57,599 bases of DNA from contig JABANN010000029.1 of NCBI GenBank assembly GCA_013115125.1, forward strand, positions 62,001 to 119,599, written 5' to 3'. Positions 1 through 13,002 of this stretch are shown piece by piece (within the stretch, counting starts at the first letter, position 1; each line of letters starts with the position of its first letter). The notes beneath the pieces were generated by a model. That model was not told the origin of the DNA. It worked only from the letters and a program-made list of their open reading frames with translations, and ran no database searches. The translations under genes and the position numbers were made by a program. The stretch comes from Perkinsus olseni. Lineage: Eukaryota.

Positions 1-3000
1 GCTTAAGCCGGCGAGCCTCTCATCACTGCCGGCGTCCGCACCTTCGAAGTGTACAATCCTGGAAAGGGGCTAATCCGTCCAGTAACTTCGCACTCCGAAC
101 CTACTTGTCCTCCATTTCCTCATCAGCTGCTGCATCGGCCCACTCGGGTGGCCTGCCGGTCAACAGCTGGTACATCACAACGCCGTAAGCCCACAAGTCA
201 GATGCAACGCTAGGGTACTGTCCTCGGAGCAGCTCAGGAGCCATGTAAATCTGAAACGGAGACCGTCCCATCCTGCCTAGCGGCCACCAATACAACACAG
301 CGGAGTACTTACAGTGGTTCCCTCCATCTTTGTTGGATCCAACTCACTCTCGTCGAAGTGGTCGGCCTCCGCTTCGACACTGCCGTTATTAGAACTGAAT
401 GGAAGCATCCACGATAATAACTCTTCAGCGACGGAATGCTTGTCACCCTTCATATTTCCAGTCTCCACTGCGGAGCTCTTGAACTGCGTGACGGCTCTTC
501 TCAACCTCCTTCTCAGCTTCAGCCGTGTACGGCCTCGCACCACCAAAATCTGTCAGCTTCATGTGCCTTGTGGATGTGATGACTATGTTCTCTGGCTTCA
601 AGTCAACGTAACTGAGGACGTCCCGCTAACAGACTTCCACGACCCCTACTTCTCCTACACGAAACCTTGCTGGTGGATGCTGTCGAGAGCCGCGAGGACT
701 TCCGCCAACGCTCTTTTGGCCTCGCCCTCGCTAAGTCCCGACGGATGGGCCTGCAGGTAATCAAACCTGATAGGAAGGCTATGGAGCTGACCATGACTAC
801 TACGACGCGGCCTACATGTCACCGTTGGCAGCGTACTCCAGTACTAGGTAGCACTCACTATGGTACATAAAGGCAGACACCAGACGGGTTATACCTGAAG
901 GGGCCATTGGATCCTCTCTCCTCAATAACAAGAGAGCCACTACGTACCCGGATGAGGCATAAGCCGCAGGATGGCAATCTCTCGGGATGTGTTCTGACTA
1001 TACTTGGCGAGTACATCAGGATGAATTACCTGATCCGAAGGCTACCACTACTAGGGACAAACATCAGAAGCTACCTTAACAGCATACTCTGGCCACTCGG
1101 AGCGAGCCTTGCCCTTCTGTGTGACGAGATACAGTAGAACCGTGGAAAAAGCTCCCTTCCTAAATCGCCAAAAATGGTTAATCCGAAGAGGGCATATGAG
1201 CGGCATACCCTATTTCGCGAGCTCGGACCATCTGATGGAACTTGAGGTTGGTGAGAATGGTCGGACTCGGCGCTGTGAGAGCTTCCTCCCACACCTGGTT
1301 CAACAGTACGCATCGCTCCGCCTCCCGTAGCCACCATACCTTTTCCTTGTGAGGGCCTTCGTGAGGAGTACAGTTTTCGCAGAAGCGATGGATGACCGTC
1401 AAAGGGTCTAACGATGACACAATCAGAATGGAAATTCAATGCGACCACCGTCAGGGGAGAAGGGCCTACCGCTGTTGTCATCGATGGCATCGTCATTCTT
1501 CGGAGGAGCCCTAGCTTTGGGCTCAGGTGCCCAGGGCGCTATTCCAGTGATAGTGACAGGAGGCTGGGCACCGCTGCCACGCGAACGACCGATCGAAGAC
1601 ATCTCGGCGAGACTTGGGGGCTTCGGCACGGCGGGAGGAACGGGTACTAATCGAGTGTGCATCCAGGGCAAGCGTCGCGCGGCAAGCTCACCCCGCTTGG
1701 CATGCAGCTTCGCCTCTATAGCCTTCCTCGTCGCCTCGTCTTTCTCACTCTTTCGTTTGGCGTCGCGTGCTGCTTCGACGCTTACAGTCGCTGCCTTCTT
1801 GAATGCTGCTGGCTTCGCCTTCTCCAAGTCAGCAAGTACGTTAGCTATCATCTTATTGACCTGATAACGAAACCCATAAGGCAGCAAACCACCGTTGAGC
1901 GTGGCCGGGATTACCGTGGGGTTCCAATGCATATGCCCTCCGTTGAACAAGAGAGGCACCATTGTTGACACCCATTCGTCGGAAACAGCCAAATCCTCGC
2001 TAAAATGATTGTCACGCCAGAGCGACAAGACTGACTCGGCTAGCTGACTATTTGGGCTCTGAAGAAGACCACGCATGAAGCGTCGACTGGTGGGATGCTG
2101 GATGCACTCACCCTCACACGATTCTTCACCACGGTGCGCAGCTTCTTCTCGACCTTCTTGAAATTATCGATACTGACCCCTTGCAAGAGGCGCGCTATCT
2201 CCGCGAGGATGAGGAGTTCCTTAGCACTGTTGCCCTGACATGAGAATGTTTGGGTGGCGAGTCGTGAGTCATAGACGATTCCAACCGACTTATGAGCCAG
2301 AAGCATGAGAGAACTCACATGAGCAGGCGGAGGGAGTGCAGTAATGACGCCGTCCATAACCTGCGGGAACAGGTCGGGCTGCTTCTCGAGGAAGATAACA
2401 ACACACTGGGTGATCTCAAGATGATACCTACTCCGAAAAGCGGTGACTCAAGGCTAGCTACCAGCCTTGTACCCCTACCCTTTAATGAGAGGAGTTTGCC
2501 GGTCCCACGAGAAGAAGCCATTAGGCATGTGAAGAGGTAGCACTATGTTATACAGAAGTCCGAGATCAGCAGAGTTCAAGGGTGTTTGGAAGCCTCCAAT
2601 GATCTGAGAGAGTATAGCCCAATAGCAATGTCGGGAGTTCGGGTGGATGTAGTGTGCTTACGCGAGCCATGAGGGACACCAGAGGTTTGATGTCGGCGTT
2701 CCTCTGGGGGCACTGAGCGAAGGCCACGAGAGCCTCACCAACCAGCAGTCGTAGTCGAGGACGGAGGGATGGGCATCTGATGACAAGTGGTCCACGCATG
2801 TGATGCGAGCAAAATGGTAGAGTAGCCAATCTTTGGTGACTGACATCTCGCTAGGTATTCTCATTGTATCGTTAACGGTGTGAACTAGCGAGCGGCGGTC
2901 TGTTGCGTCAATTGATGGGTGGGAAATCGAGCTTCTCTGTGGAAATCCGCTTAGTAAGCCGTTGTCTAACCCTCTTTTCACATGTCTAACACTCACTTGT

Positions 3001-3583
3001 GATAAACTCGATGCAAGAGCGACTCGACGAACCAAGCATCGCCACTGTGTACGGGTATCGGGTTGGCCTAACACCATTAACGATGTCTTCCGAGCGAAGA
3101 ACGTAGTGCGGTGATCGTCACCTTTCGAGTGTCCATATCGACAGTAGCGACGAGCATGCATTCTCTCGACTCTGTGCTCTCAGCGCCACCACATCGTTTG
3201 ACCAGTGGCAGGAGCACTCTGTTATCAAGCTGCTGAGCCAGGGAACCATAATCGAACTCCGGAAGGTCGAGTATCGCCACGACTGATGCTCTGCAATAAC
3301 GAGCGGGTACGAGGTCCAGGTACCTCGAGGGCTCCGTCGTCGACAACAACTGACTCATCAGATTCCGCAGGCTCCTGAGAACAAACCGATCGTCGTGAGT
3401 ACCGGCAATGTTCAGCACCCACTCGTAAAACTTCTCATCGAAGGTTTCATCTCGTATCTCGCCAGACATGACGAAGGCATAGAGCTCCTTGGCCGCATCT
3501 GCAGAGGACATGGCAGCCTCCATGAGAGATGATGCCCGGCTCCTCGCGAGAGGGGTCGCTGGTGATGACAATGATGATGACAT
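1..3583 (-). CDS. Multi-exon protein with an N-terminal PP2A B'/B56-like domain fused to a C-terminal Ser/Thr kinase (AGC/PDK1-like); 3' end runs off the window
   Basis: Hand-spliced exons give B56-like segments [12 protein letters not shown] (2997-3067), [33 protein letters not shown] and [14 protein letters not shown]. After a Pro-rich linker come kinase motifs [46 protein letters not shown] and SDLWAYGV. Confidence 0.8.
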
Positions 3584-3713
3584 AAACTAAACGAGGATTA
3601 AAACTGACCGTTCGAATTCGCGCTCCCGAGGTTTTGTCCAAGTTTCGACGAACTCAATCAAACGCCTGTGAATCGGCTGACAACGTTTCACTAGCTTTCA
3701 TGTCCTATGGTCG

Positions 3714-6700
3714 CTACGAAGAGGGCATCGGGAGAGTAGTCATCAGCTCGGCTGACTGCCTGTGCAGGTCCCGCATGCCCTGCAAGACCTGGTACATTGC
3801 AGAGCCTCGATGGACACCTACGGGCTTCCCTTTCCCACCTTGCTCGTCTCCCCTAAGGTCTTCTGTGCTGCATCAAGCTTCATTTGTAGTGACCTGATCT
3901 CCTCCTGCTTCTTAGCACTTATCGTTGCATGCTCTGAGGCAGCGATACGTAGGTGGGTAGGAAACAACCACGGAGCCTAACCCTGTTGACTCTGCTCTAG
4001 TTCATGTTGGAGAGCCTCTCCGGCACGCCTCGTCTCTGCGAGGACCGTGCTCATAGTCGACAGCTTGGCTTCGACAACCTGGATACATGCGTGAGTGGGA
4101 GCACCGCGACGATGATGCCTGCTGCTATACTTCCTTCTCCCTCTCTAACCGAGAGGCCTTCCTCAGCTCATTCTCCGCCTTCTGAGTCGACTCCTTCGCC
4201 TCTGCCTCAAGTATTACCATACTCTCCCGCATAGAGTTCACTCTGAATATAGAATTCACACGATACGATCTTGGGGACAATTAAATGAGGTGTCCCATGG
4301 TGATGAGGACGGTCAGTTCACCTTCATCATAACAAAGGCGGTTGTCCCAAGAAGTACTACACCCGAGTCAAATTTGAAGGCATCCACGAACCCGAGTGAC
4401 GGGCATGGCGAGCGCAGCATAGATGACGGCGGCGACAGAAATCGCTCAATACTGGTCAATCGTTACGACTCGATCACGGGCCAAGATTTCAGCATGACTC
4501 TTGTCATCACTACTTTTCATGAGCTGCCCTCAACTCCTTCTCTCTGGACTCTCCTCTCTGCTCAGCCACAGACAGCTTTGACTCCGCCTCCCGTAGGCTG
4601 CCCTCCAGCTCCGATGACCGGGTCAGTAGATGCTAACAGCTGGTTGCCAACCCATAATGACTACCATTACTACGTACCAGTTTCTCCGCAGCGAAGGTCT
4701 CCTTAGCCTGCTCTAGCTCCCGGCGGACGACATCACGCTTGGACCTCTCAGATGAGAGGGTATTCTCGAACTCTATTTCCTTTCGCTTCCGGCATGCCTC
4801 CGCCTCCTCTACCAAGGCTTTCTACACGAACAGCCACGCCTTTGCATGCAGCAAGAGCCGACACCCTTACCAGGGCCTGCACTTGGCGGTGAAAGTCTTC
4901 CATAGCAGCATCCTTATCGTGGATCGACTGCCTTTCACGGCCGAGCTCGGCCTTTAGTTGGGACAACTCATCACCCAAGCGTCTTCTCGCGTCCGCCAAC
5001 TGAGGCGACTGAGCTCATGACTACTCAGCTCATCTTGGTCTCACTTCCGCCGCTCTCTCCATGAGCTGCTGATGCTTATCAGCCAGCTCCCTATCCAGCT
5101 GCTCCCTCTGAACACGGAGCCACTCAGGCTGTTACGACAGTGGTGCGCTCCCTCTACCGCGTGTTGGTGCTTTTGCTTCTCCGTCTCTGCCGTTCTGAGA
5201 TCCTTCCGGGCTGATTCCAACTCCTTCATCAGCTCGCCGCACCTACGCCTTACTGCCATCCGTTGGACCATGCGTTGGGTTTAATACCGATCCTTAGAGT
5301 TAGTAAGCTCTTTCTGTAGGCCAGTCATGTGGCCTTTGATAGCCTCCAGCTCTCCCTCATAGCGCGTCGATGCTTCCGAGAGCTGCACTAGCTATAATGG
5401 CAGACCACTTAGGACAGACCTACCCGCTTGTCAGTCGTGGCCACTTGTCGACTCAACTGCTCCGCGTGGTGCTCGCTCCTGAGACCACGCCTAGCGACCT
5501 GCTACTACTACTAGGGACCCAGCTACATCTCATGTATCCGCTTATCTCGATCTGCCACGCCGCGTCGCAGAGCATCCAGCTCCTCTTGCAGATGATGCAC
5601 CTATCAGGTTGTGAACTCTGAGCCCTGCCGGAGGTTGATCGTACCTCGGACTGATGAGACTCCTCAGCCCGCACTAGCTGCTCTTGTGCCACGCAAGATA
5701 CGCAACGACACCCGCTAGCTACGGCCGGGGCAGGAGACAAATCCGACGCGAGGAAGGTAAGGACGATGAGGTGGGGGTTCGAATCCACAGACGGTCGTGA
5801 ACAGGAGAGGGCAGAGCGGCGCATTTGCATCGAAGGCATCATTTTCCGGAGCGAACAACCCTCTGAACCGTCCATCTCATGCTACCATCTCCATGCTGCC
5901 TCGTGCGGAGGGGACTTCCATCATCACTTCGTCTACTTCTGTCCAGTAGAATGGATCTCTTACTCGGTGACATGTCGGTTATGCTAGCAGCAGCGACGGC
6001 AGCTGGTAATGATAAGGCCATAGTCTTGGAGATCAACGATGTATTACCATCGGACTTACGGCACACGTTAAGGCATGCACCTTGGGAAAAAGGAGGACCG
6101 ATACGATGCGGAGAGGGTCGATCGAAAATAACGATGGCTTTCAACCAACGTATCAAATCCTCCCAGAGCCCGGGAAAGTCGAGGTGTACCCGGACCGAAC
6201 CATACAACAGTTCCCCCGCTCTTATCTACTTGTCATCCCCTCATTCCTCTCAGTAACCCTCGTTATAGCCTGCTGTATCGCGAAGGGGACGGCTGTGGTC
6301 AAGGCAACAGCTGGCTCTACATGACCCGAACACGATACTACAGTTGCCTGTCAGCTTCACACTGGTGATGGTATGGCAGCCCGAATGCTCGAGTGCGACT
6401 GCTAAGACCTCCCCTCCACTCGGACCCAAAGCATTGTGGGAGAGATTCAATTGACGCAGACTGACAAGAGCGGCAGGAGAAGTGTCATAAGCTAGAGGTG
6501 TCAGATACCTGCGCGAATGAGTGAGGAGAGTGGAGGCGATCGCCTGAGCACCAGCTGAGGGGATCTGGCACTCTTGCATAGACAAGATATTCAGATCTGG
6601 CGCCGCGCTCAGCGATGAGAGTAGGCTCTCGAAACCTGACCGGGGCGAGCGAATGGCAAAGCCGCAGTGAAGGACTGAGGGTAGTACAGTGGGCAGAGGC

Positions 6701-7053
6701 CTCCCCCAGAGGGTTCCAATCCAAGATGAGCTCCCTTATATGCCGCAAAGGTGGGCTACTGCGTATCGCGTTACTAAGATCTATGAGCCCCTCCGAATGG
6801 ATGTTATTACCGGCTAGGTTGAGGGAGTGTATCAGTACCTAGACGGGATGAATACTGCTGGGCTCTTGCCGCCACGGGCACCCACCTGATCATCCCCTAC
6901 AAGCCTGAGTGCTTCACAGAGGGCCCTGCAGCCCTTCGTGCCGATATACCGATCCGAGAGATCAACAGATACGGACGGTATACTCCCGTCGCTTGGAGTG
7001 CCCGCGGACGAGACTAGCTCTTCAACGTGCCTCTTAACTTGACTCTCGAGCAT
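3714..7053 (-). CDS. RNI-like leucine-rich-repeat protein with long C-terminal coiled coil (LRRC45-like architecture)
   Basis: LRR units DLSDRYIGTKGCRAL, ELILDWNPLG and QLNLSHNALGPSGGEVLA, followed by many E/R/Q-rich heptad exons; stop TAG at 3714-3716. Confidence 0.7.
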
Positions 7054-7313
7054 TCAATTCAGTAGAACGAGCTTAACACGGCACTTCCTTAACCTGTTCT
7101 GTATCTGCCGCGCTTCAACTCTAGATACTCTCGGATTTACCTGACTCCTATCGCCCACTAGCACCACTCCTAACATCTCCCCAACTCCATCAGCTCAAGT
7201 CCCTTCTATGGCCAATTAGAAACTTCGAGTGCGGCGTCACGACAAATCACGGGGTATGGATGAAAAGGTCAGATTCAGCTTACTATTATAGTACTACTAC
7301 TAATACCATCACA

Positions 7314-8610
7314 TTAGTTCCGGATGCTACTTCTAAGAAGACCCTGCGGCACACTAGCAACCCTCCTCGAAGTTGCCGTAGCCGCATCCTCCTGCCCCTC
7401 GGTGTCTGAGGATGTCACACTACTCTCGCTGCTTCTTGGAGAGGAGCTCTTAGAGCAGGGCCCCAGCAAAGAGAACCCGAGAGCCACAGCATTTTTAGCA
7501 TTGCGACGACGCTCTGAGAAAAGACCAATAATCTCAGACCAGCAGCCCTGCAGTAGCCTTGCCTTTCTCCTGCATATCCTCTTTGACCTTGGCGATGTGC
7601 GCCATGAGCGGGTTATAGTACCTGAGAGCAAACCTCAGATGGAAAGCTTCGGCGCAAGAGATGCTCACTTTTTCTTTACGTTAGGGTCCAATGAGGAGCT
7701 CAGCCAGGGAAGCAAAATAATTAAAAAAATTACGCCCGCCTGAAGAAGGTGATTGTGTGAAGCGGAACTTCGCCAATCTCGAGCAGCTTCACCTTCTTCC
7801 ATTTCCTGTCTACAATAGCTGTGACGAGAAGAGGCGCCAAAAGCTGGCCCGCAAGGCTAGCCAGCCAAGCTCTCTTGGCAGGATGAGGCATGTATAGCTC
7901 AGCAACATTTAATGTGCCTGAGCGAATCATCAACATTCTGAGGAACGCCAGGGTCAGCCTGAAGATACTACCTGCTTGAGAGTAAGCGAAGAACATTTGC
8001 GCCATCATTCCGACGACACCGTTGGTCATTAGAGGCCTGCGACCAGACCGTACTACAAGGTACGTCATCAATAGTACTGGTACTGTATGAACCTGGACAG
8101 CACTTATACAACTGCACCCTCGTACAGACCAAAGCCTCACCCAGTGGTCCATCATGGCGAATTGAAGTTTGGTCAATTTGACGCCCCTTAGGGCCATCTT
8201 TTGCCTCATCATCTCAGTCAGTCCTCTGGCCCCCGCAGTACGGAACGCCATACAGACGCCAAAGCTGTTAGATAGTAGGAAAGGATCCTGAAGAGCGGTA
8301 TAGCGATCGTCGAGGTCGTCGAGGAGGATGGACTCACCCATTGGTCTTGTCTAAGGAGTATTCTCGAAACTATGAGGACCCAATTCCAGGAGGTGTAGGC
8401 TTGGAGATTCTTCCGAAGAAATTTGTTATTAATGACTTCACTGCTCCCTACAAAGAACAATTCTCTCCATATGTTAACCTTCGGGAACTCACCTGTCAGG
8501 GCCAGGTAGATAGCACAGCCCAAAGCGATGTTCAGACGGTCACCGGGGATCAACTGGAAGGGTACTGGCCCAACCTTAGACGGAGGCTGTCGATGCGACA
8601 CAGAACTCAT
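7314..8610 (-). CDS. Hypothetical multi-exon protein with hydrophobic segments (probable membrane protein)
   Basis: Consecutive minus-strand ORFs 8218-8610, 7730-8341 and 7314-7631 with plausible short introns; no family recognised. Confidence 0.4.
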
Positions 8611-8843
8611 TTAATAAAAATAAATCAAGATTTGGTCAACTCTAGGGACCACACTTCTGAAGCACCTTAGATTGTGGTTAACTCAGTACTGGAGACGTGT
8701 GAGGCTACCACAAAAACGACTGCTCCGAGAAGGGCGGCGCTCTTCTGAAAAAACCGGCCAGAATAGAGCATGTGTACGTATAATACAGCAAAATGCAACC
8801 ATTGCGGTCACAATTCGAAGTTGATGAACAGTGAGCGTGTTTG

Positions 8844-9575
8844 TCAAAACAAGGGTATCTCGTACGGACTAGAGCCATCACCCCACAACACCGTCAGAGG
8901 GCCCGCGTCCCCGTTCCACATTCGGAGTAGGCCTGCCTCGGGATCCAGAAGGTCCAATACTGTTCTGTTCTCCACGATAAAACCGGCTATAGATCCTTCT
9001 ACCTGTTGACCCTCTTCCAGAGCGTGCCGCACACACCATCGCCATATCAGGTTGGCCCCGGGTAGACAGAACAAAGGCACTCTCGCCACTTTGCCCCGTT
9101 GATCGGAGCTGTGGATAGTGATGTCGTTAACAAGATGGTCACCAATGATGACTGTTTCATGGCCTTTCATGAAACCAAAATCGCTGAGGATTGCTCTCGG
9201 ATCCAGTTCAGACAAATCTGAGAATATCGATATACTACAGGGCCGCAAGGGCTACCCATAGCGTACATATCATGCCTAATAACGGTGTTGCTATCATCGA
9301 ACTCCGACTCGCGGAGTCCACCCCGTTAGACGCTACAACATCAGCGATTGTTGAAGTTGCAGGATCCAAGTGGAGCACTGTGTCCGACGAAGGCACATAA
9401 ACCTGATGATGAATACAACTTTGAATTTTCATGATATAGGAGGGTCAGCGGAACGCCACGGCGGGGCGCGAGTAGAGCATGAGCTCACAGTGAGTAGGTC
9501 GGCCCCTGCTGGCCCACGAACCGAGCGTCGTCCCTCCTGCCTGCACTCTGCCGCCGGCTCTACCTGAAGCATCAT
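8844..9575 (-). CDS. Hypothetical protein (about 3 exons)
   Basis: ATG at 9575; ORFs 9235-9432 and 8844-9248 can be joined across short GT-AG introns; no family recognised. Confidence 0.4.
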
Positions 9576-10146
9576 GAAACTCCCCCCGTCGGATATGAAT
9601 GGGTAACACTTACATCGTCTAGGGATGCCTGCTGTTGATGTGCATCGGCTGCTCCTTGGACTACTCCTAGATGAGAGGCGAGTAACTGTACTGCGATAAG
9701 CAGCACTAGGGGTAGATGAGAAAAAGTGGATGAAATTATAGAATGAGATTGAACAATCCTACTCACGTGACGTCAATGACAGCCTAACCTGAAAAAACGC
9801 CCAATTCCACAGTTATGAGACCAGACAAAAACCAACTGCCCAAGTTGTTATCAAAGCAATGACATGAGCTGGTGAAAGCGGCCTTGTCATCAGTGTGAGT
9901 CCTCGCCTGGATCGTCCTACTCCCATTAGCGAACGAAACACTAGCTGGCTTGTGATGGACGACGGCGGTTCGGGAACGCCGTATAACGTGACTTAAACCT
10001 TATAGGTCACTGACATCATAGAAAATGAAAATTGCTTTAGAGTCAACTAGAAATGAAATGATATAAAGCGAGTAGAGTCTACTCCGTAGATTCCTAAGTG
10101 TATATTAGAATGACTCACGACCGTGATATCGTGTAGCGGTCACTTC

Positions 10147-11498
10147 TCACAGCTTTATCGGTGTGGATCCGGAAGGCCAGAACGTATGGTCAGCCCACAA
10201 CGTGGTGAGGAAGCTAGCGAGAGTACCGAGATTGACCAACATGGCAACGAAGTTGACAGCTCTCTCCTTGTCGTGGGAGGAGAGGCGCTTGCAGCACTGT
10301 ATAAGGTAGTACACGGTAACATACATAGAGCCGCCACACAGACCAACCAGGGACATACAGTAGAGGCGATCTGCAGCACCAGAGGCATGTAGTGTCCACT
10401 TCCTGTAGTGAACATCCACAGCAAGAACAAGGCAGACTGTAGTATTGTCGCTGCGGTGACCACCAACTTCATCACGTTCTGGACTGAAGACTCCTTAGCA
10501 ATCCAACGGACAGCCGGCAGCGTTAATGATCTTGATACGAGGACACCTATCTGGTAAATGAAGCATAGCTCTTCATACCAGCCGACAGGCGCCGCCGCGC
10601 TCACAGACGCTTCACGGGCGAACTTTCCCTGAATGGTGTATTCCAACCAATAGACCAATCCTAAAGCGAGACCATCACGGCTTAGGATCCTCAGAATAGA
10701 CGAGAACGGTAGGGAAGGCTTCACCAGCAGAGTATCGGAAATAAGGCCGGTCTTTTCGTACGTGTCCTTCAGCGGTGATACAGATTCATCTCTCTTGAGT
10801 ACCTCGTAGCACAATGCAAAGAGAGGTTGTATGGCGGCTATTGCTAGGAAGAATGTTTGGTTAGACCAGTCGATAGGAGGCGCCCTTAGGGTAAGATAGG
10901 CGAAGGAGCCAATCACTCCAGCCCATCCCGTTCCGCAGGACCAGTCACCGATAAAGGCGGGGTCGAACTTCCGGACGTAACAGAGGGTGAAGTTTTCGCC
11001 TAGAATCTGTGTCAGCCCGGTCACTAAAACTCCCGCAACACAGAACTTGAAAGTAGGGGTGAATGCGATCATGAGCAGGCCGGCGATTCGTACGATAGTG
11101 GTGACCCAGAAACGCCAAAAGTAAGGTATGCTGAGTTCGGACACCAACGCGGATATAGGGGTGGCGAACACGCCTAGTGCTACTGATGCACTTCCGATTA
11201 TCTGAAACAAAGTCAGGTTGACAGCTATTTCCAGCACCGCGGACACGCAGTTTGCTCGCCCGAGGCAAATCCGCAAGCAAAATTTGAGAAAGTCGAAAAA
11301 GACGCTCAGAATTCATGGGGATATGTCGAATGCTTTACGCCGCGCTACTCTTCTTACACCGAAATTCTCCATAGCATTGTAGTCCTCTGCCAAACTTTTC
11401 GAGGCACTGATGACTGCCACGAAGGATGCGTTATTCAAGAGGCCCATAAGGACGAAGCATAGAGCATCCAAGCGGAAGTAATGAGAATGAGATAACAT
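10147..11498 (-). CDS. CLN3: CLN3/battenin (BTN1) family membrane protein; apparent 1-nt frameshift near 10365
   Basis: N-terminal MGLLNNASFVAVISA, WSCGTGWAGVIGS, LVYWLEYTIQG, YQIGVLVSRS and C-terminal GLCGGSMYV match battenin motifs; one intron near 11205-11358. Confidence 0.8.
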
Positions 11499-11837
11499 TT
11501 AAACAAGCAAATCAACGCAAGATGATAAGAGTAGTGATAAATTCCTCCGAAATATATCTGGGCGCGCGCGACTTGCTTTAAAAACGCGCTCGCCTGGAAA
11601 GATGTGGAAAAGAGCAAAGAAAAGGCACCCCGCCCAGAGGCCGAGTTGTCGGAGGTCGTTTCACATGTGACTCGTACAGTCCACCGTGCCAGACTGTATA
11701 ATCTCGTTCTCATACAGGGGAACAGGCAGCAACCCTCGTGAAAGAAGTTCGGGAACGCCCTCCGGGAGGGCCCCTCCCAGCTCAGTGTAGTTCTACATAA
11801 CACATGGAAGATGTGCAAGCATCGTTGTTATCATCCT

Positions 11838-13002
11838 ACAGGCTTCCGAGAAGCAACTGCGAATGTTCTAAGAAGATTATCACGGGAACCCTTATCGAGC
11901 GACTCAGCGTTCAGATTCCCGCTCACCCCTGAACCAGGGCCCAGGTGGAGTTGCCTGATAGTAGCAATGAGAGCTTCTTTGAAGAGACTGAAATGAGCGA
12001 TGCTGAGATTGATGAACTGCGAAAGTGGCAATAGCCCGGCCGGCGATGGCTAATGACCCTTATTTCCAGTACTTGAGGAGAAGAGAGAGTAAGGTGAAGA
12101 GCGTCCAACATCTAGGGACCTCGCACGACCCCGACGTCCTGCTCCTTGATGGCCCCGTTCGCATGCAGGCCTACTACAATACCGAGAACAACCCTAGTAA
12201 GTGGGGGAGCTAGTTTAGCAGCCGACTGCGCATCAATGAAGACAAACGCCTCGTTCAAAGAAAGGGTAACATCGACGCGCACCCGGCAGGGATTACTGTG
12301 CCACGGTGTGGAGCGCTGCCCTCGCCAAGGCTAAAGATCTAGGGATGCTTGGCGATGCTGCTAAGAGCAGTTCACTGCATTTCGTGAGGACCAAATGCCC
12401 GCGAGCGACTTCTTTCATGCTCCATTACACCTCCGTGAAGTTCGAGAGGTTTTACGAGTGTCTGCAGAGTGAGAGGCTCCGAGGCACCAGTCGCCTCTTC
12501 AGGTATCTGTGCGAACTCGGGAGCAATAACGGTATTCGGTAAAGCAACAGGTTCAATGCCTCCCTCATTCGCTTGCGACACGGAGGAAGATCTAGTGAAG
12601 CCGATATTCCTCTTGAAACGCCAATGGTAGCGAACCTGTCCAGCCTAACCTGCGAGTCCCATCGCATATGCAAGACGATCCTTTCTCGACCCGCTACTCC
12701 GCAAACACAATCGGAGGGAATGATTATCGTGAGACGTCAGATCCAGAGGAAGGGAGACTCCCAAAGAGACAGCCAGCTAATCGCCTCCAAGGTCAGCGGA
12801 GTGTCTGCCTCGGACAGTCTGAGGAACGAAGCCTGCGCTGTTGCGTGGCCGCTCAGCTCTCTGGTGAAGGACATATCGGCACCCGCCAACATACTCGGAT
12901 GGAACAACGGACTACTCTTAGATATGCTCAGCCTCTTTCGAAGTTTCCTCCCACCAGATTCCCTCACCGGCGATGAACAGTACACCAACTACGTACTTTT
13001 AG
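11838..13002 (+). pseudogene. Decayed, internally deleted paralogue of the EF-hand pseudophosphatase at 14074-17835
   Basis: Colinear DNA/protein similarity to 14109-16326 (KFERFYECLQSERLRGTSRLF vs KFKKFYECMQSEKLRGTSRLF; LSLFRSFLPPDSLTGDEQYTNYV vs LSLFRSFLPPDSLTGDIQYTNYV) with shared intron positions. The EF-hand exons and most of 15450-16195 are missing. Confidence 0.7.

Noticed and set aside
1326-1334. CCGTAGCCA resembling the start of the spliced leader
   Set aside because: Only 9 nt, antisense within an intron, and lacking the TGGCTCAAG half.
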